A stretch of DNA of 64,000 nt, taken from NCBI RefSeq assembly GCF_009914755.1, contig NC_060929.1; one strand, given 5' to 3'. Below are positions 1-12,071 of the stretch, piece by piece (the stretch's first letter is position 1; every line of letters begins with the position of its first letter). The notes below the pieces were generated by a model, which was not told the DNA's origin, ran no database searches, and saw only the letters and a program-made list of their open reading frames with translations. A program made the position numbers and the translations under genes. Source of the stretch: the human T2T-CHM13v2.0 reference genome, Homo sapiens.

Positions 1-619
1 TTTTTTCATGTTATTATGGCTGAGTTCTGGCTGTGAGAATAAGCCACAGCTGCTTTCTTCAGACACTAAAGAAAAAAAGTATCTAAAGAAAAAAATGTAG
101 TGATTACACATTGATTCAGAGTTTAGTTAATGAAGTGGTTAAAAGGAAACATCATCTGAGAAATATTCTACTTTAATAATATTTTCACAAACAATAAATA
201 CTGTATTTATTTGCAAACATTAAAAGCAAAGCTAAAGGGAAAAATAAAAAATTGAACTAATCTAGGCAACTGACTTTCAGACAAATATTTGTAATGACAT
301 TTCCCGAGGCTATACCTATTTAAACTAAGTTATTCAGTGTTGGCGGTATAGTGGCCTTCCAATAAATTATTCAAACAATTCAAGTATTTTTAAAATCTCT
401 GTTTTTTTGAATAGCCAGTGAATAAAATTTAAAGCATTTGAGCTTGGTTAACAGGATATATTCCATATATTTCTTTGACAAATGGAGACAAAAAAAAGCA
501 GGCAACAATAAAATGCTCAGTTTTCAGTCTGTTAATACTTCAAAGTATGAACTGGAAAATAATACAAATCAGCACTTATTGTGGGAATGCAGTTCTGTTT
601 AAAATAATTACTCTTGAAT

Positions 620-687
620 TTTTGTGGTAAAGAGTGAATCTGGACACTCTAAATTTTGTGGTAAAGAGTGAATCTGGACACTCTAAA
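620..687. repeat. Perfect 34-bp tandem duplication (2 copies)
   Basis: ttttgtggtaaagagtgaatctggacactctaaa at 620-653 and 654-687. Confidence 0.95.
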
Positions 688-970
688 AATTCACAATCCA
701 ATAAATGAAATATACTTGACAATCCCTCTGGGAGAGTATATTAGGCAAACTCTGACTTCTGTACTTGCCTTAGGCTCCTATTAAAGGTCAAACAAGTATA
801 GAATTAGGTTGATGGTTCAAAACTATAGAAACTTTTCTAAGTACCACGATTAGAAAAGAGCAAACAGAAATTTTCTCTAAATTGGAAGATGCTATTTTGT
901 GTCACTGTCACCCGAATTCTTAGAGCAAATCCTACTGGAAGATGAGGGCAGTTATTTAATATGTTGTATC

Positions 971-1272
971 AGCCAGGTGCCGTGACTCATGTCTGTAATC
1001 CCAACACTTTGGGAGGCTGAGGCAGTAGGATTACTTGAGCCCAGAAGTTCAAGACCAGCCTGGGCAACATGAGACCCTGTCTCTACAAAACATTAAAAAA
1101 TTAGTTGGGCACGGTGGTGTGCACCTGTCCCAACTATTCAGGAGGCTGAGGCAGGAGGACCACTTAAGCCCAGGAGTTTGAGGCTGCAGTCAGCCATGAT
1201 TGCACCACTGCACTCCAGCATGGGCAATAGAGCAAGACGCTGTCTCAAAATAACAATAACAATAATAATAAA
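971..1272 (+). mobile_element. Alu SINE, AluJ-like
   Basis: Dimeric Alu body, AAT/AAC tail, TSD atgttgtat at 961-969 and 1273-1281. Confidence 0.95.
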
Positions 1273-1675
1273 ATGTTGTATGAAATATTTTTGGAAGGAA
1301 TGGAAGAAGGGAAGGAGTTACTTTATAAGCCTCATAGTTTCTCTAAGACACAAGAATATTTATCCTAACACATAAAATAACTACAATCAGAATCTTCATA
1401 AAAAGGGCCTGTCCTAGGCAACATTGCTAAGTCACAAATTTACCTTCTAACACTCTTTACCACCCTCTCTACACACACTTCATCAGTGGCCTTTCCCCTA
1501 CTAGGATCTTTTCCCTGTAAGATATGATTTCTACCACATGTCAACTAAGATGATAAGTAAAATGTCTATTAATATAGCTTGGTGGTTACTTAGGCATTGA
1601 CATTTTATTTTTGGACATTTGAATACAAAATGGCCCACAGATCCAAAGGCAGGAAGCTGTAATTCGCTCACACAC

Positions 1676-2086
1676 TATAGCAGACATTATCAGTGCCCTG
1701 CTCATGGCCCCTCAGCACTTGCAGGTTTTATACCGTCTACAGCTTCTCACTGCAAACACCTCGGACTGTCTGCCTAAAGGCTTTCTGTCCTATAGGAGTG
1801 AGCTCAGGAAGGAAGTAATAGACAGTTGACTGTCCTCAGCAGCAGCCTTCACCCAATAAAATATGGGAGTTCAACATCATTGCTCAGAGATCCCCAGTAG
1901 AAATGAGCCCCATTGGCCCACAGTGGTAAACTACTCATTAGGGTCCCCTTTTCTGTATTCCTTTCTCCTTTTTTCTTGTCTCACTTCACTCTTCTAATGG
2001 GGCTTCCTGGGCTTACCTTCCAAATAAACTACTTGTACTTGAACCCTTATTTTAGGGTCTGCTTTCAATGGAACACAACCTAAGAT
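1676..2086 (+). mobile_element. ERVL solo LTR, LTR16-like
   Basis: Ends ccaaataaactacttgtacttgaacccttattttagggtctgc...aacctaagata, typical LTR16-type 3' end; start tatagcagacattatcagtgccctgc. Confidence 0.7.
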
Positions 2087-2235
2087 ACTCATTCATTCTT
2101 TACATAAGAACATTTATTTAGCTTATTCTAGGGACTGAGAAATGTAACTGGCAATGAGAATGGAATATGGATCTTAAGAAGAAGTAAGTGAATATTGTCA
2201 ACCAGGGAGCTGTGTTTTGCATTCCTCAAACTTAC

Positions 2236-2343
2236 CTCATACAAAAGACCACATCCTCCATCGCCTTCTATAACTAGCTCTGTTCATTATTGCTCATGCT
2301 TTTCTTCAGTCAAAATTAGTCATATACTGAAGATTACTTTGAG
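2236..2343 (-). other. Candidate (unverified) non-coding exon, 108 nt
   Basis: Minus strand ttcttgcag|CTC...GAG|gtaagt; strong donor, weak pyrimidine tract; stops in all three frames. Confidence 0.2.
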
Positions 2344-3058
2344 CTGCAAGAATTGTTTTTAAATCAAGTCATGTTTGGTTCTCATCTCTCTCAGCACCTT
2401 TAATACTTCAACCCACTCATTCAATTTGACCATTTTAATTCTTATTTTCCCTTTCACCTCTGCAACATTCTTTTGGCTGTTCTTAATGCAAAGCAATGTA
2501 TCACATCACAGTAGCCAATATGACTCTGTCCCTGTTTTCTCATATCCAAAAATTCCTTTATTCATCTTCATGCTTTCCCCAAGGAAGTAAAAAGCAGTTT
2601 CCCAATATTTAGCCAACTTTAAATGTTTCATCCCAGTTCCAGCATATCATAATATTACAATTTAATACACAAACAGTCTGGAGTTAGAGATTATTATCTT
2701 TTGTTTCACAGATTAGAAAACTGTGACTTTTTGCCTCTAAAGTTATGACATTTCTACGTATTCTACTGTACTCATCCCATGATCATACACAAAGAACTTA
2801 AATGCATTTTTTCATGCTCTTCTTGCTCATTCCTGAGAGTCTGTAAAATGCTCAGCATCCAAATATTTATACTGGCATTTGAAGAATCATATGCTTATAT
2901 TTGATTAACACTGACCAATTGTTAAGAATATCTTCAAATGATATTTTTATTGATGAGCTATATTTCTTGTGAGTCAGACTTATTAAAGAAGTCTCTTTTC
3001 TAAATTCAGGTAATAATTCATGCAAAAAATACCTTTCTTTAAACAAAATACTTTTTAC

Positions 3059-3196
3059 CTGGGAAATGTTCCAATGGCTCATCTGCCAGTTAACGTCTCT
3101 GTTTCCGCCACTAAAATTTCCCTTCAAGTATCTGCATTCTTGGCATCCTGACAAGGCCACCTCCTCCATCTGTGAGTTCATGCATCACACTGGTAC
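3059..3196 (-). other. Candidate (unverified) exon, 138 nt
   Basis: Minus strand catttcctcag|GTACC...CCCAG|gtaaaa; more GC-rich than flanks; no frame open end to end. Confidence 0.25.
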
Positions 3197-4267
3197 CTGA
3201 GGAAATGCTTATGTAGTAATTTTTTCTTTGAGAAAAACACTTTGCTTTTAGCTTGTACTTTTGCAGTTTATTTATTTTCAGAGATTCCCCAAAATAGTAC
3301 ATATTTTAACCTTTCTACTTGTAAGGATGTTACCCACTGGCAAGCCAGTGGTACCAAAAGAAAAAGACCCTAAGGGAATGTGCTGAGCCTGTCAGGTATG
3401 GGATATCTAGCACATTCCAAGGAGGAAAGGCTAGTGGACATCTTGTTTCAGGTCCAAATCTTGTCTCTGTAAGTAGTAGTCATTTTGCCAAAGTGATTAT
3501 TTGAAAATACTCCAGTTCAATTCACTAGTAACAAACCCATCATATTGTGTAGATTTAAGTTCATGCTTTATTTCAGCTGTGTGAAGATACTGCAACAGCT
3601 TTGAAAAAGCAAATAGCCAAAGTAAAAATGGAGGAGAAAATGGAAAGAATAGGCACTTAAGTTTTTCATAAATCTAAAAGGATCCCAGATAATGAAGAAT
3701 TCGATTTATTTGCTTCCTAGATTTGGTGCTCAAAATGACTGGAAACAGGAGAACATCTGTCTGTGATTCAGTAGTTCCAGATTAAAGGAAGGCACTTCCT
3801 TTAGAAATGATCATTCAAAATGATTCAGAAAAGAATGGAATATTTTTAGTAAGTCATTTACTCAAAACACTTTGGTGGGACTGCTGGAAGAGCAAATATC
3901 AATTTATTCCCAGAGGACATGGCTAAATAGTCAGGAATGAAATAAAGACTATGCCATTTGAGACTAAATATGAAAACAAGAGCAAGGAGTAACATAAGAA
4001 CATGTTTTTGCCTCACAAATAAAAACCATCCAAAGGGAAGCCAGGATTGAACAGTAGAGTAAATATAAGAAATAAGTAAGAACTGAGAGCAGGCATATAT
4101 GGTCACTAATCTACTAAGGGAAGACTCTCTATTATTGCTATATAGGGTAGACATATGACCTTTAAATTTTTATTAACAGAATCAGAAGAGAGCCTCATGC
4201 AGGAAATACACACTGTAGGCCATATCCAACTTTCCTTTCTCCCAGTACCATTTTAGCAAGTCGCTAA

Positions 4268-4605
<338 letters not shown>

Positions 4606-4883
4606 TGAAAGTCCTTCTTAATGGCTTAGTATTATTTAGAATAATGGCTAGTGTTGTTCATGAAATGAAGTACCCTCCACAAAATCAATAGCTATCAACA
4701 CAAGCAAACGCTGTTATAACTTGGAATAAACAGAGAAAATGGGAAATAGTGAGACCTTGTTTCTAAAAATCATTTTTAGATAGGAGAAATTTCTGTCAGC
4801 AAAAATAATGACTCATGCCTCTAGAACTCTGAGAAAATGCTAAAATCAATGGCATAATTTTCAAAGTTAATAAATTTCCAATT

Positions 4884-5565
4884 ATAAAAATAATATAAAC
4901 AGATGCTGGCAAAGCTGCAGAAAAAAAGGGAATGCTTATGCACTGTTGGTGGGAATGTAAATTAGTTCAGCCACTATGGAAAGCAGTTTGGAGATTTCTC
5001 AAAGAACTTAAAACATAGCTACCATTTGACCCAGCAATCCCATTACTGGGTATATATCCAAAAGAAAAATCGTCTACCAAAAAGACACATTCACTCATAG
5101 GGTCATCGCAGCACTGTTCACAATAACAAAGACATGGAATCAACCTAGATTCCCATCAACAGTGGATTGGATAAAGAAAATGTGGTACATATGTATCATG
5201 GGATACTACCTAGCCATAAAAAAGAATGAAATCACATCCTTTGAAGCAAAATGCATGCAGCTGGAGGCCATCATCCTAAGCAAATTAACACAGGAACCAA
5301 AAAACAAATATCGCATGTTCTCACTTATAAGTGAAAGCTAAACATTGAGTACTCATGTACATAAAGAGGAAAATAATAAACACTGGGGATACTAGATTCG
5401 GGAGGGAGGAAGGGAAGCAAGGATTGTAAAATTAACTATTGGGTACTATTCTCAGTAGTTGTGTGATGGGATCATCATACCCTAAACCTCAGCATCACAC
5501 CCAGGTAACAAACCTGCACATGTACCCCCTGAATTGAAAATAAAAGTTGAAATTATTTTTAAAAA
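4884..5565 (+). mobile_element. 5'-truncated L1 3' end (L1PA15/16-like)
   Basis: ORF2 C-terminal and 3'UTR motifs: gacccagcaatcccattactggg, catgttctcacttataagtg, acctgcacatgtacccc...aaataaaagttgaa. Confidence 0.9.
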
Positions 5566-5599
5566 TAGTAGTAGGTATAAACTAGAAAACAGTAAACAA

Positions 5600-6050
5600 A
5601 TGTTTAAAAAATTTACATTTCAGCAACAGTCACCATTCATATTTTGAAAAATTTTCTTCTAGTTTTCCTCACCATATTTTGATACCATAACTGAGATTTC
5701 ATTGTAAGCATTGTTTTGCATCCCGCCTTTTTCTACTATTATAAGACCAATGTTCTGCCTTGTTATTGTAAATTTTTAATGGCAGGAAAATATTACATTG
5801 AACAGGTAAACCGTGTTTTCTTAACTAACATTTTATTGATGATTTTTTATCTTTTGAATTTCGGTGTTGTGATAAATATGTTTGTTAATGAAGCTTTTTT
5901 AATATGTCTGATTTATTTTTTAAGAGCAGCTCCCAGAATTGTAAATACTAGGTCATACATTATGAACAATTTGAAGAATCTTAAAACGTGAAGCTAAATT
6001 GCTTTCAAGTATGTTTTCTAATCCATGTCCCTCCAACTGTGCATGCAAAT
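5600..6050 (-). mobile_element. Old L1M (L1ME-like) fragment
   Basis: Degenerate reverse L1 3'-region motifs (tttttaatggc...aatatt, cccagaattg...ctaggtca, aaattgctttc). Confidence 0.5.
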
Positions 6051-6289
6051 TCAGACACTTTTCAGAAAAGTCTAAGTCTACTTCACACCAATTCCAAAAT
6101 AAATTATCCTAAGGAAACAAAAATGACATATTAAATGTTTTTTAATGCCTAATATTACTTCAATTTTAAGTACAGAATTGTCGAATTTTTATTGTAAAGG
6201 TCCTGCTGCTATGTGTTTTCCAAGCAGCCTTAAATCCATTTTAGAAGATTAAGCAAAATTAATTAATGTCCAATTTTATGCAATATTAA

Positions 6290-6331
6290 ATGATAAATAT
6301 ATCTAGAACAATGATAAATATATCTAGAACA
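6290..6331. repeat. Perfect 21-bp tandem duplication
   Basis: atgataaatatatctagaaca x2. Confidence 0.9.
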
Positions 6332-6649
6332 TGTATATCCTATCTTATAGAACTTAAAACATAAGGTTGTAGTTTAGTAATTAAAGTTTATAATTGTTAT
6401 AAACATGATTGTTATATAATTGTTATATCTTTGCTTTTCCCATGTGGTCGAAGCTATGATTTACCTTTCTCTATACAAGGGCCCCCCAATTAGAGCATTA
6501 TTTCTGTGGAGAAAACTGACCCTAATGGCATGATCCTCTTTTCTAGTCATTTCCATAAAGACTATGTGGTGGATATAGAGCCTTTTCAGTAGTTCTTCAG
6601 TAGTTCTATGAGAACATAACCCACTTCATTCTCTGGGTTCACTTAAAAG

Positions 6650-7325
6650 CTATTGAGTCCCTCCGCCATGAAGGCATGACACTAGGCAATGAGTAGTCAA
6701 ATATGGAAAGGCATTGATTTGGTGAGGAGACATACCTGGGGCTGTGAAGTGTATGTCATGGGAGCACAGAAGGCACATTTAATTAACTCACCAAGAGATA
6801 AGGTATTATTTGAGCTACAACTTTTAAAATGAAAGCTTTGTCAGAGAATATTGGAGAAAGCATTACAGATAGTGAGAACAACACATGCAAAGACATAAGT
6901 CCAATACATTCTGGGAGACAGAGTTAATTCCATGTGAGGGAGTAAAACAGGGCTGAGCTTGGAACACTGGGGAGAGACATAATGTAGAACAGGTCTGAGG
7001 GGGCTACATCATGCATTGTATGCTGATGTGTTAGAAAGCAGTTTCGATTGTATTTTGTAGATAATGGGAAACTATTGAATACACTTGCCAGGAAAAGATT
7101 TTTGTGTCATAATTATAACTCTGACATCTATGTAATAAATAGTTTGAGGTAGAAAGAGTCTATGCATAAAAACACTTGGGAAGTTATTACATGAGCTCAG
7201 GAGAAACATTAGTGTATAAATTAGGGTAGTGAAAGCTAGAAGGGAAAATAAGGTAGTAAAATACCATATTTTAAGAAAGGTAGTAAAAACAATAAGACTT
7301 AGGAAATGATTGAATATGGAGAATG
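6650..7325 (-). mobile_element. L2 LINE fragment
   Basis: Degenerate reverse L2 3' motifs (tattgag...ctaggca, atgggagcacaga, gagaacaacacatgcaaaga, gataatgggaaactattga). Confidence 0.6.
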
Positions 7326-8074
7326 TACTCCTAGAACTGATTTTGTAAAAATTATCTCAGTGGTGGGTTATTCAGTAAGATCTCATTTATTTATTACAAT
7401 TGGGAGGAAAAGTCTATTTGATTTGTCCCAAGTCTAAATTATAGAATATTTGTCATTAAAAGATACTTTAATATATAGTTAAGCATCACTCAACAATAGG
7501 AATATGTCCTAAGAAATGAGTCATTAGGCAATTTCATCATGTGTGAACATCAGAGAGTACATTTACACAAACCTAGATAGTATAGCCTACTACATACCTA
7601 GGCTCTGTGGTATAGCCTATTGTTCCTAGGCTATAAACCTGTACAGCATGTTACTGTACTAAATACTGTAGGCAGTTGTAACACAATGGTATTTATGTAT
7701 CTAAACATATCTAAACAAAAAAAATGTAGAGTAAAAACACAGTATAAAAGATAAAAAAAAAAAAAAAGATACACCTATATAGGGCACTTACCATGAATGA
7801 AACTTGCAGTACTGGAAGTTGCTCTGGGTGAGTCTGTGAGTGAGTGGTGAGTGAATGGCCTAGGACATTATTGGACACTATTATAGACTATTAACTCTGT
7901 GTACCTAGGTTATACTACATTTATCTTTTAAAATTTGTACCTCAATAATAAATTAATCTTAGTTGACTGTAACATTTTACTTTATAAACTTTTTAATTTT
8001 TTAACTTTTTGGCACTTTTATAACACCTAGCTCAAAACACAAACACATTGTGCAGCTGTACAAAAACATTTTCT

Positions 8075-8215
8075 TTCTTTCTTTGGTTTTGTTTTGTTTT
8101 GTTTTTGTAGAGACAGGGTCTTGTCATGTTGACCACACTGGTTGCGAAGTTCTGGGCTCAAGCAATCCTCCTGTCTCGGCCTTTCAAAGTGCTGAGATTA
8201 CAGGGGTGAGCCATT
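8075..8215 (-). mobile_element. Alu left monomer (FLAM/AluJ-like) inside Tigger3
   Basis: T-rich tail then tagagacagggtcttg...caaagtgctgagattacaggggtgagcca. Confidence 0.85.
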
Positions 8216-8420
8216 ATTCTACAGGTTTTTATCTATTAAAAAAAATTCTTTTTTATTACTTTTTAAACTTTTTTGTTAAAAATGAAGTCACAAACACATT
8301 ATCCGAGGCCTACATAGGGTCAGAATCATCGAGACATCACTAGGCAACAGGAATTGTTCAGTTCCATTATCATCTTATGCGACCACTGTCACATATGCAG
8401 TCGAGAGAAATGTCATTATG

Positions 8421-9689
8421 CACAAAGCTGACAAAAACAAGCAATGGGGAAAGGACTCCCTATTCAATAAATGGTACTGGGAGAACTGGCTAGCCATATG
8501 CAGAAGGTTGAAATTAGACCCCTTCCTTATACTATAAACAAAACTCAAGTCAAGATGAATAAAAGACTTACATTTAAAACCTAAAACTATAAAAACCCAG
8601 GAAATAGCCTAGGTGATACCATTCTAGACATAGGAACCGGCAAAGATTTCATGACAAAGATGCCAAAAGTAATTGCAAAAAAGCAAAAATTGACAAATGG
8701 GACCTAATTAAACTTAAGAGCTTCTGCACAGCAAAAGAAACTATCAACAGAGTAAACAGACAACCTGCAGAATAGGAGAAAATATTTGCAAACTATGCAT
8801 CTGACAAAGGTCTAATATCCAGAATCTATAAGGAATTTAAACAAATTTACAAGAAAAAAAACAAACAATCCCATTAATTAGTGGGCAAAGGACATGAACA
8901 GGCACTTCTCAAAAGAAGAAATACATGTGACCAGCAAGCATATGACAAAAAGCTTGATATCACTGATCATTAGAGAAATGCAAATCAAAACCACAATGAG
9001 ATACAATCTCACACCAGTTAGAATGGCTGTTATTAAAAAGTCAAAAGATAACAGGTGTTGGCAAGGTTTTGGAGAAAAGGGAACACTTTTAGTTCAACCA
9101 TTGTGAAAAGCAGTGTGGCAATTCCTCAAAGAGCTAAAAACAGAAATAACATTCGACTCAGCAATCCTATTACTGGGTATATACCCAAAGGAATGTAAAT
9201 CATTCTACCATAAAGACACATGCACATGTATGTTCATTGTAGCACTATTCACAATAGCAAAGACATGGAGTCAACCTAAATGCCCATCAACAGTAGACTA
9301 GATAAAGAAAATATGGTACATATTCACCTTAGAATACTATACAGCCATAAAAAAGAAAAAGATCATGTCCTTTGCAAGAACATGGTTGGACCTGGAGGCC
9401 ATCATCCTTAATGAACTAATACAGGAACAGAAAACCAAGTACTGCATGTTCTCACTTATAAGTGGGAGATAAATGATGAGAACACATGGACATGTAGAGG
9501 GGAATAACAGACACTGGGGCCTACTTGAGGTTGGAGGGTGGGAGGAGGGAGAGAATTGGAAAAAATAACTATTAGGTACTAGGGTTATCACCTGGGTAAT
9601 GAAATAATCTGTACCACAAACTCCTGCAACATGAGTTTACCTATATAACAAACTTGCACATGTACTCCTGAACCTAAAATAAAAGTTAA
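8421..9689 (+). mobile_element. 5'-truncated L1PA (about L1PA13-like), ORF2 C-terminus plus 3'UTR
   Basis: ORF fragments 8894-9301 translate as L1 ORF2 C-terminus (HFSKE...[13 protein letters not shown]); TSD agaaat(g/c)tcattatg 8406-8420 and 9690-9704. Confidence 0.95.
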
Positions 9690-9858
9690 AGAAATCTCAT
9701 TATGATTATGCAGTTCATGACTGTCTTTATGCACAGAAAGTTTGCCAGTCACACTTTCGTGGCATTTAAAAATGAATAAAGGAAATTTTGGCAAAAGGAA
9801 GGACCCACATGGGAAAGCTTTAGTCTATCAGACAACACTATGACCACATTTAAGATAT

Positions 9859-10241
9859 TGTATTAGTTTGCTAGGGCTGCCATAATAAAGCACCATAGAC
9901 TGGGTGGCTTAAACAATTAAAATTTATTTTCTCAAAATTCTGGAAGCTAGATGTCTGAGATCAAGGTATCAGCAGGCTTCATTTCCTCTGAGGCCACTCT
10001 CCTTGTTTTGTAGATGTCTGTCTTCTCACTATGTCCTCACATGGTGTTCCCGCTGTGCCTATCTGTGTCCTAATCTCTTATAAAGAGACCAGTCATGTTG
10101 AGTTAGCACCCACCCTAATGGGTTCTACCTTAATTAGTTTCTAGAGACCCTATCTCTAAAATGGTCACATTCTGAGCTATTGGGGGGTTTCAACATATGA
10201 ATTTGGATGAGGGGAGGGGGCGCACAATTCAGTCCATAAGA
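9859..10241 (-). mobile_element. MaLR LTR, MLT1A/B-like
   Basis: tgtattagtttgctagggctgccataa...ggcttaaacaa...cacaattcagtccataa is the reverse MLT1 consensus. Confidence 0.85.
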
Positions 10242-10298
10242 GATATGGGTGGGTTAATGGTCTCTAAAGGCATTTTCATTACTACACCATTAAAGTTT

Positions 10299-10460
10299 AG
10301 GAGGGGAGAGGGGAGGGAGGAGGGATAGCATTAGGAGATATACCTAATGTTAAATGACGAGTTAATGGGTGCAGCACACCAACATGGCACATGTATACAT
10401 ATGTAACTAACCTGCACGTTGTCCACATGTACTCTAAAACTTAAAGTATAATAAAAAAAT
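10299..10460 (+). mobile_element. Short 3' end of a young L1PA (L1PA3-5-like)
   Basis: gggatagcattaggagatatacctaatgttaaatgacgagttaatgggtgcagcacacc...aaaacttaaagtataata nearly consensus. Confidence 0.9.
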
Positions 10461-10760
10461 TAAGAATAAATGTAATATGAAGGAGGTTATAAAAGTTAAG
10501 AAAATTTTAGCAAAACGATTTTCTAAAATTAAAGCACCTACATTCAATTACTATTCCCAGCTAATGAATGAATGCCTTCTCAATACTGACTAATATGGTA
10601 TATTTATTCACAAGAAAGACCTAGGAATGGCATAAAACAAATCGTGAAGATATTTCATTACAATTCAACAATGTTTATCAAAAAAACTTGTCAAGTTCAT
10701 TGTATATTTCACATTTGCTTGTAAGTGAAATTGGATTATTTGATTCAGAAATGAGAATCT

Positions 10761-11063
10761 GGGCTGGGTGCTGTGGTTCATACCTGTAATCCCAGCATTT
10801 TGGAAAGCCAGGGCAGGAGGATCACTTGATCCCAGGAGTTCCAGACCAGCCTGGCAACAGCAAGAGACTCTATCTCTACAAAAAGAAGTTTAAAAATTAG
10901 CCAGGCATGGAGGTGCACGCTAGCAATCTCAGCTATTTGGGAGGGTGAGGTGGAAGAGGCACTTGAGTGCAGAAGTTGAAAGTTACAGTGAACTATGATG
11001 TAGTCACTGCACTCCAGCCAGGATGACAAAGCAAGACTCTGTCTCTAAAAACAAAAAAGAAAA
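10761..11063 (+). mobile_element. Alu SINE, AluJ-like
   Basis: Diverged dimeric Alu with A-rich tail. Confidence 0.95.
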
Positions 11064-12028
11064 GAAATGGAAATGAAAAGCCAATTAAAGAAGCTTTTGT
11101 TATTGTTTAGATGGGTTCACACCCAGACTTTAAAAAACTGAGACCTTCATAAACAAAATCAAAATTTGTAAAGGACTGAAAATTACCAGTAGTCAGGGAA
11201 TGTGTTCTGTATGGTGCAAAAACAGCATATTAAATGAAACTTCTCTGTAGAATTTCAGACTGAAAAGATCTAATGTCAGGTTTTATGTTTTAATCAATTT
11301 GGGGGCCTGTTTATTTAACTGGGGTTTTTTGGTGGTGGTTGTTTTAATTTCTACGTTGGAACACAACATACTGTGCTCCAAAATCTAAGAGCCTATAATT
11401 TTCTGGGTTTTATTTTTCTTAACAAAATGAAATGTTAAACCATCTCTCTGGGCACTTTTGATAAAATATGTATTACAAAAAGCAATAAGACATTCAGAGC
11501 AAAGAACAGGATCTAATAATGCTTATCATAGCACTGTGAAAAGCAAGAATTTCAGGTCCTCCTCCCACCTCCTTCATTTCCTCTCTGTAGCCCCAAATGT
11601 GACAATTTCTTAGTTCCAACTCTCCCTTTGTAAGAAACAGTGCATAAAAGTAGCTATTTGTTTCACATTTTGTTAGCATGCGTGTGGGCAGGTGGGTAGC
11701 ATCTTACTGGGTAGCATCCAGTAAGAATTCTGAAATTCTTAAGAGTATATCTTGCTATTAATATATTATTACAGTCATGAAAATCAAGTTACCCAGTTGC
11801 CAAGCTGTAATAACAACAAATAATAACAAAAAGACCTGAGTGAGGAACTGATGATAGAAAGTAATATTTATTGTATTCCTACTATGAATTAGTGTGTTAG
11901 ATTATTTGCATACATTATTAAATATTTTCTTAAAATAGATTAGGAAACTAAGATTTGAGAAGGTGAAATGATTTTCCCAGATTACTAGAGCGAGCCAACA
12001 GCAGAAGTGGTATTTGATAATAAGTCTG

Positions 12029-12038
12029 GACTCCATCT

Positions 12039-12069
<31 letters not shown>
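12029..12069 (+). mobile_element. Extremely 5'-truncated Alu (last 11 nt plus tail)
   Basis: gactccatctc + poly(A)/AAAAG tail, flanked by aataagtctg at 12019-12028 and 12070-12079. Confidence 0.75.

Positions 12070-12071
<2 letters not shown>

Larger units (their letters stand above)
7476..9723 (-). mobile_element. Tigger3-family (Tc1/mariner) DNA transposon, interrupted by an Alu monomer and an L1
   Basis: Matches Tigger3 (acacaaacctagatagtatagcctactac, aaacctgtacagcatgttactgtact); body 7476-8420, terminal repeat remainder ...tatgcagttcatgactg at 9705-9723. Confidence 0.85.

Noticed and set aside
3334-3351. Hairpin ccactggc-aa-gccagtgg
   Set aside because: 8-bp arms are expected about once by chance in 64 kb.
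10460-10500. Possible 3' transduction after the young L1 fragment
   Set aside because: The putative TSD (taaagtttag vs taaaagttaag) is too short and imperfect to support it.
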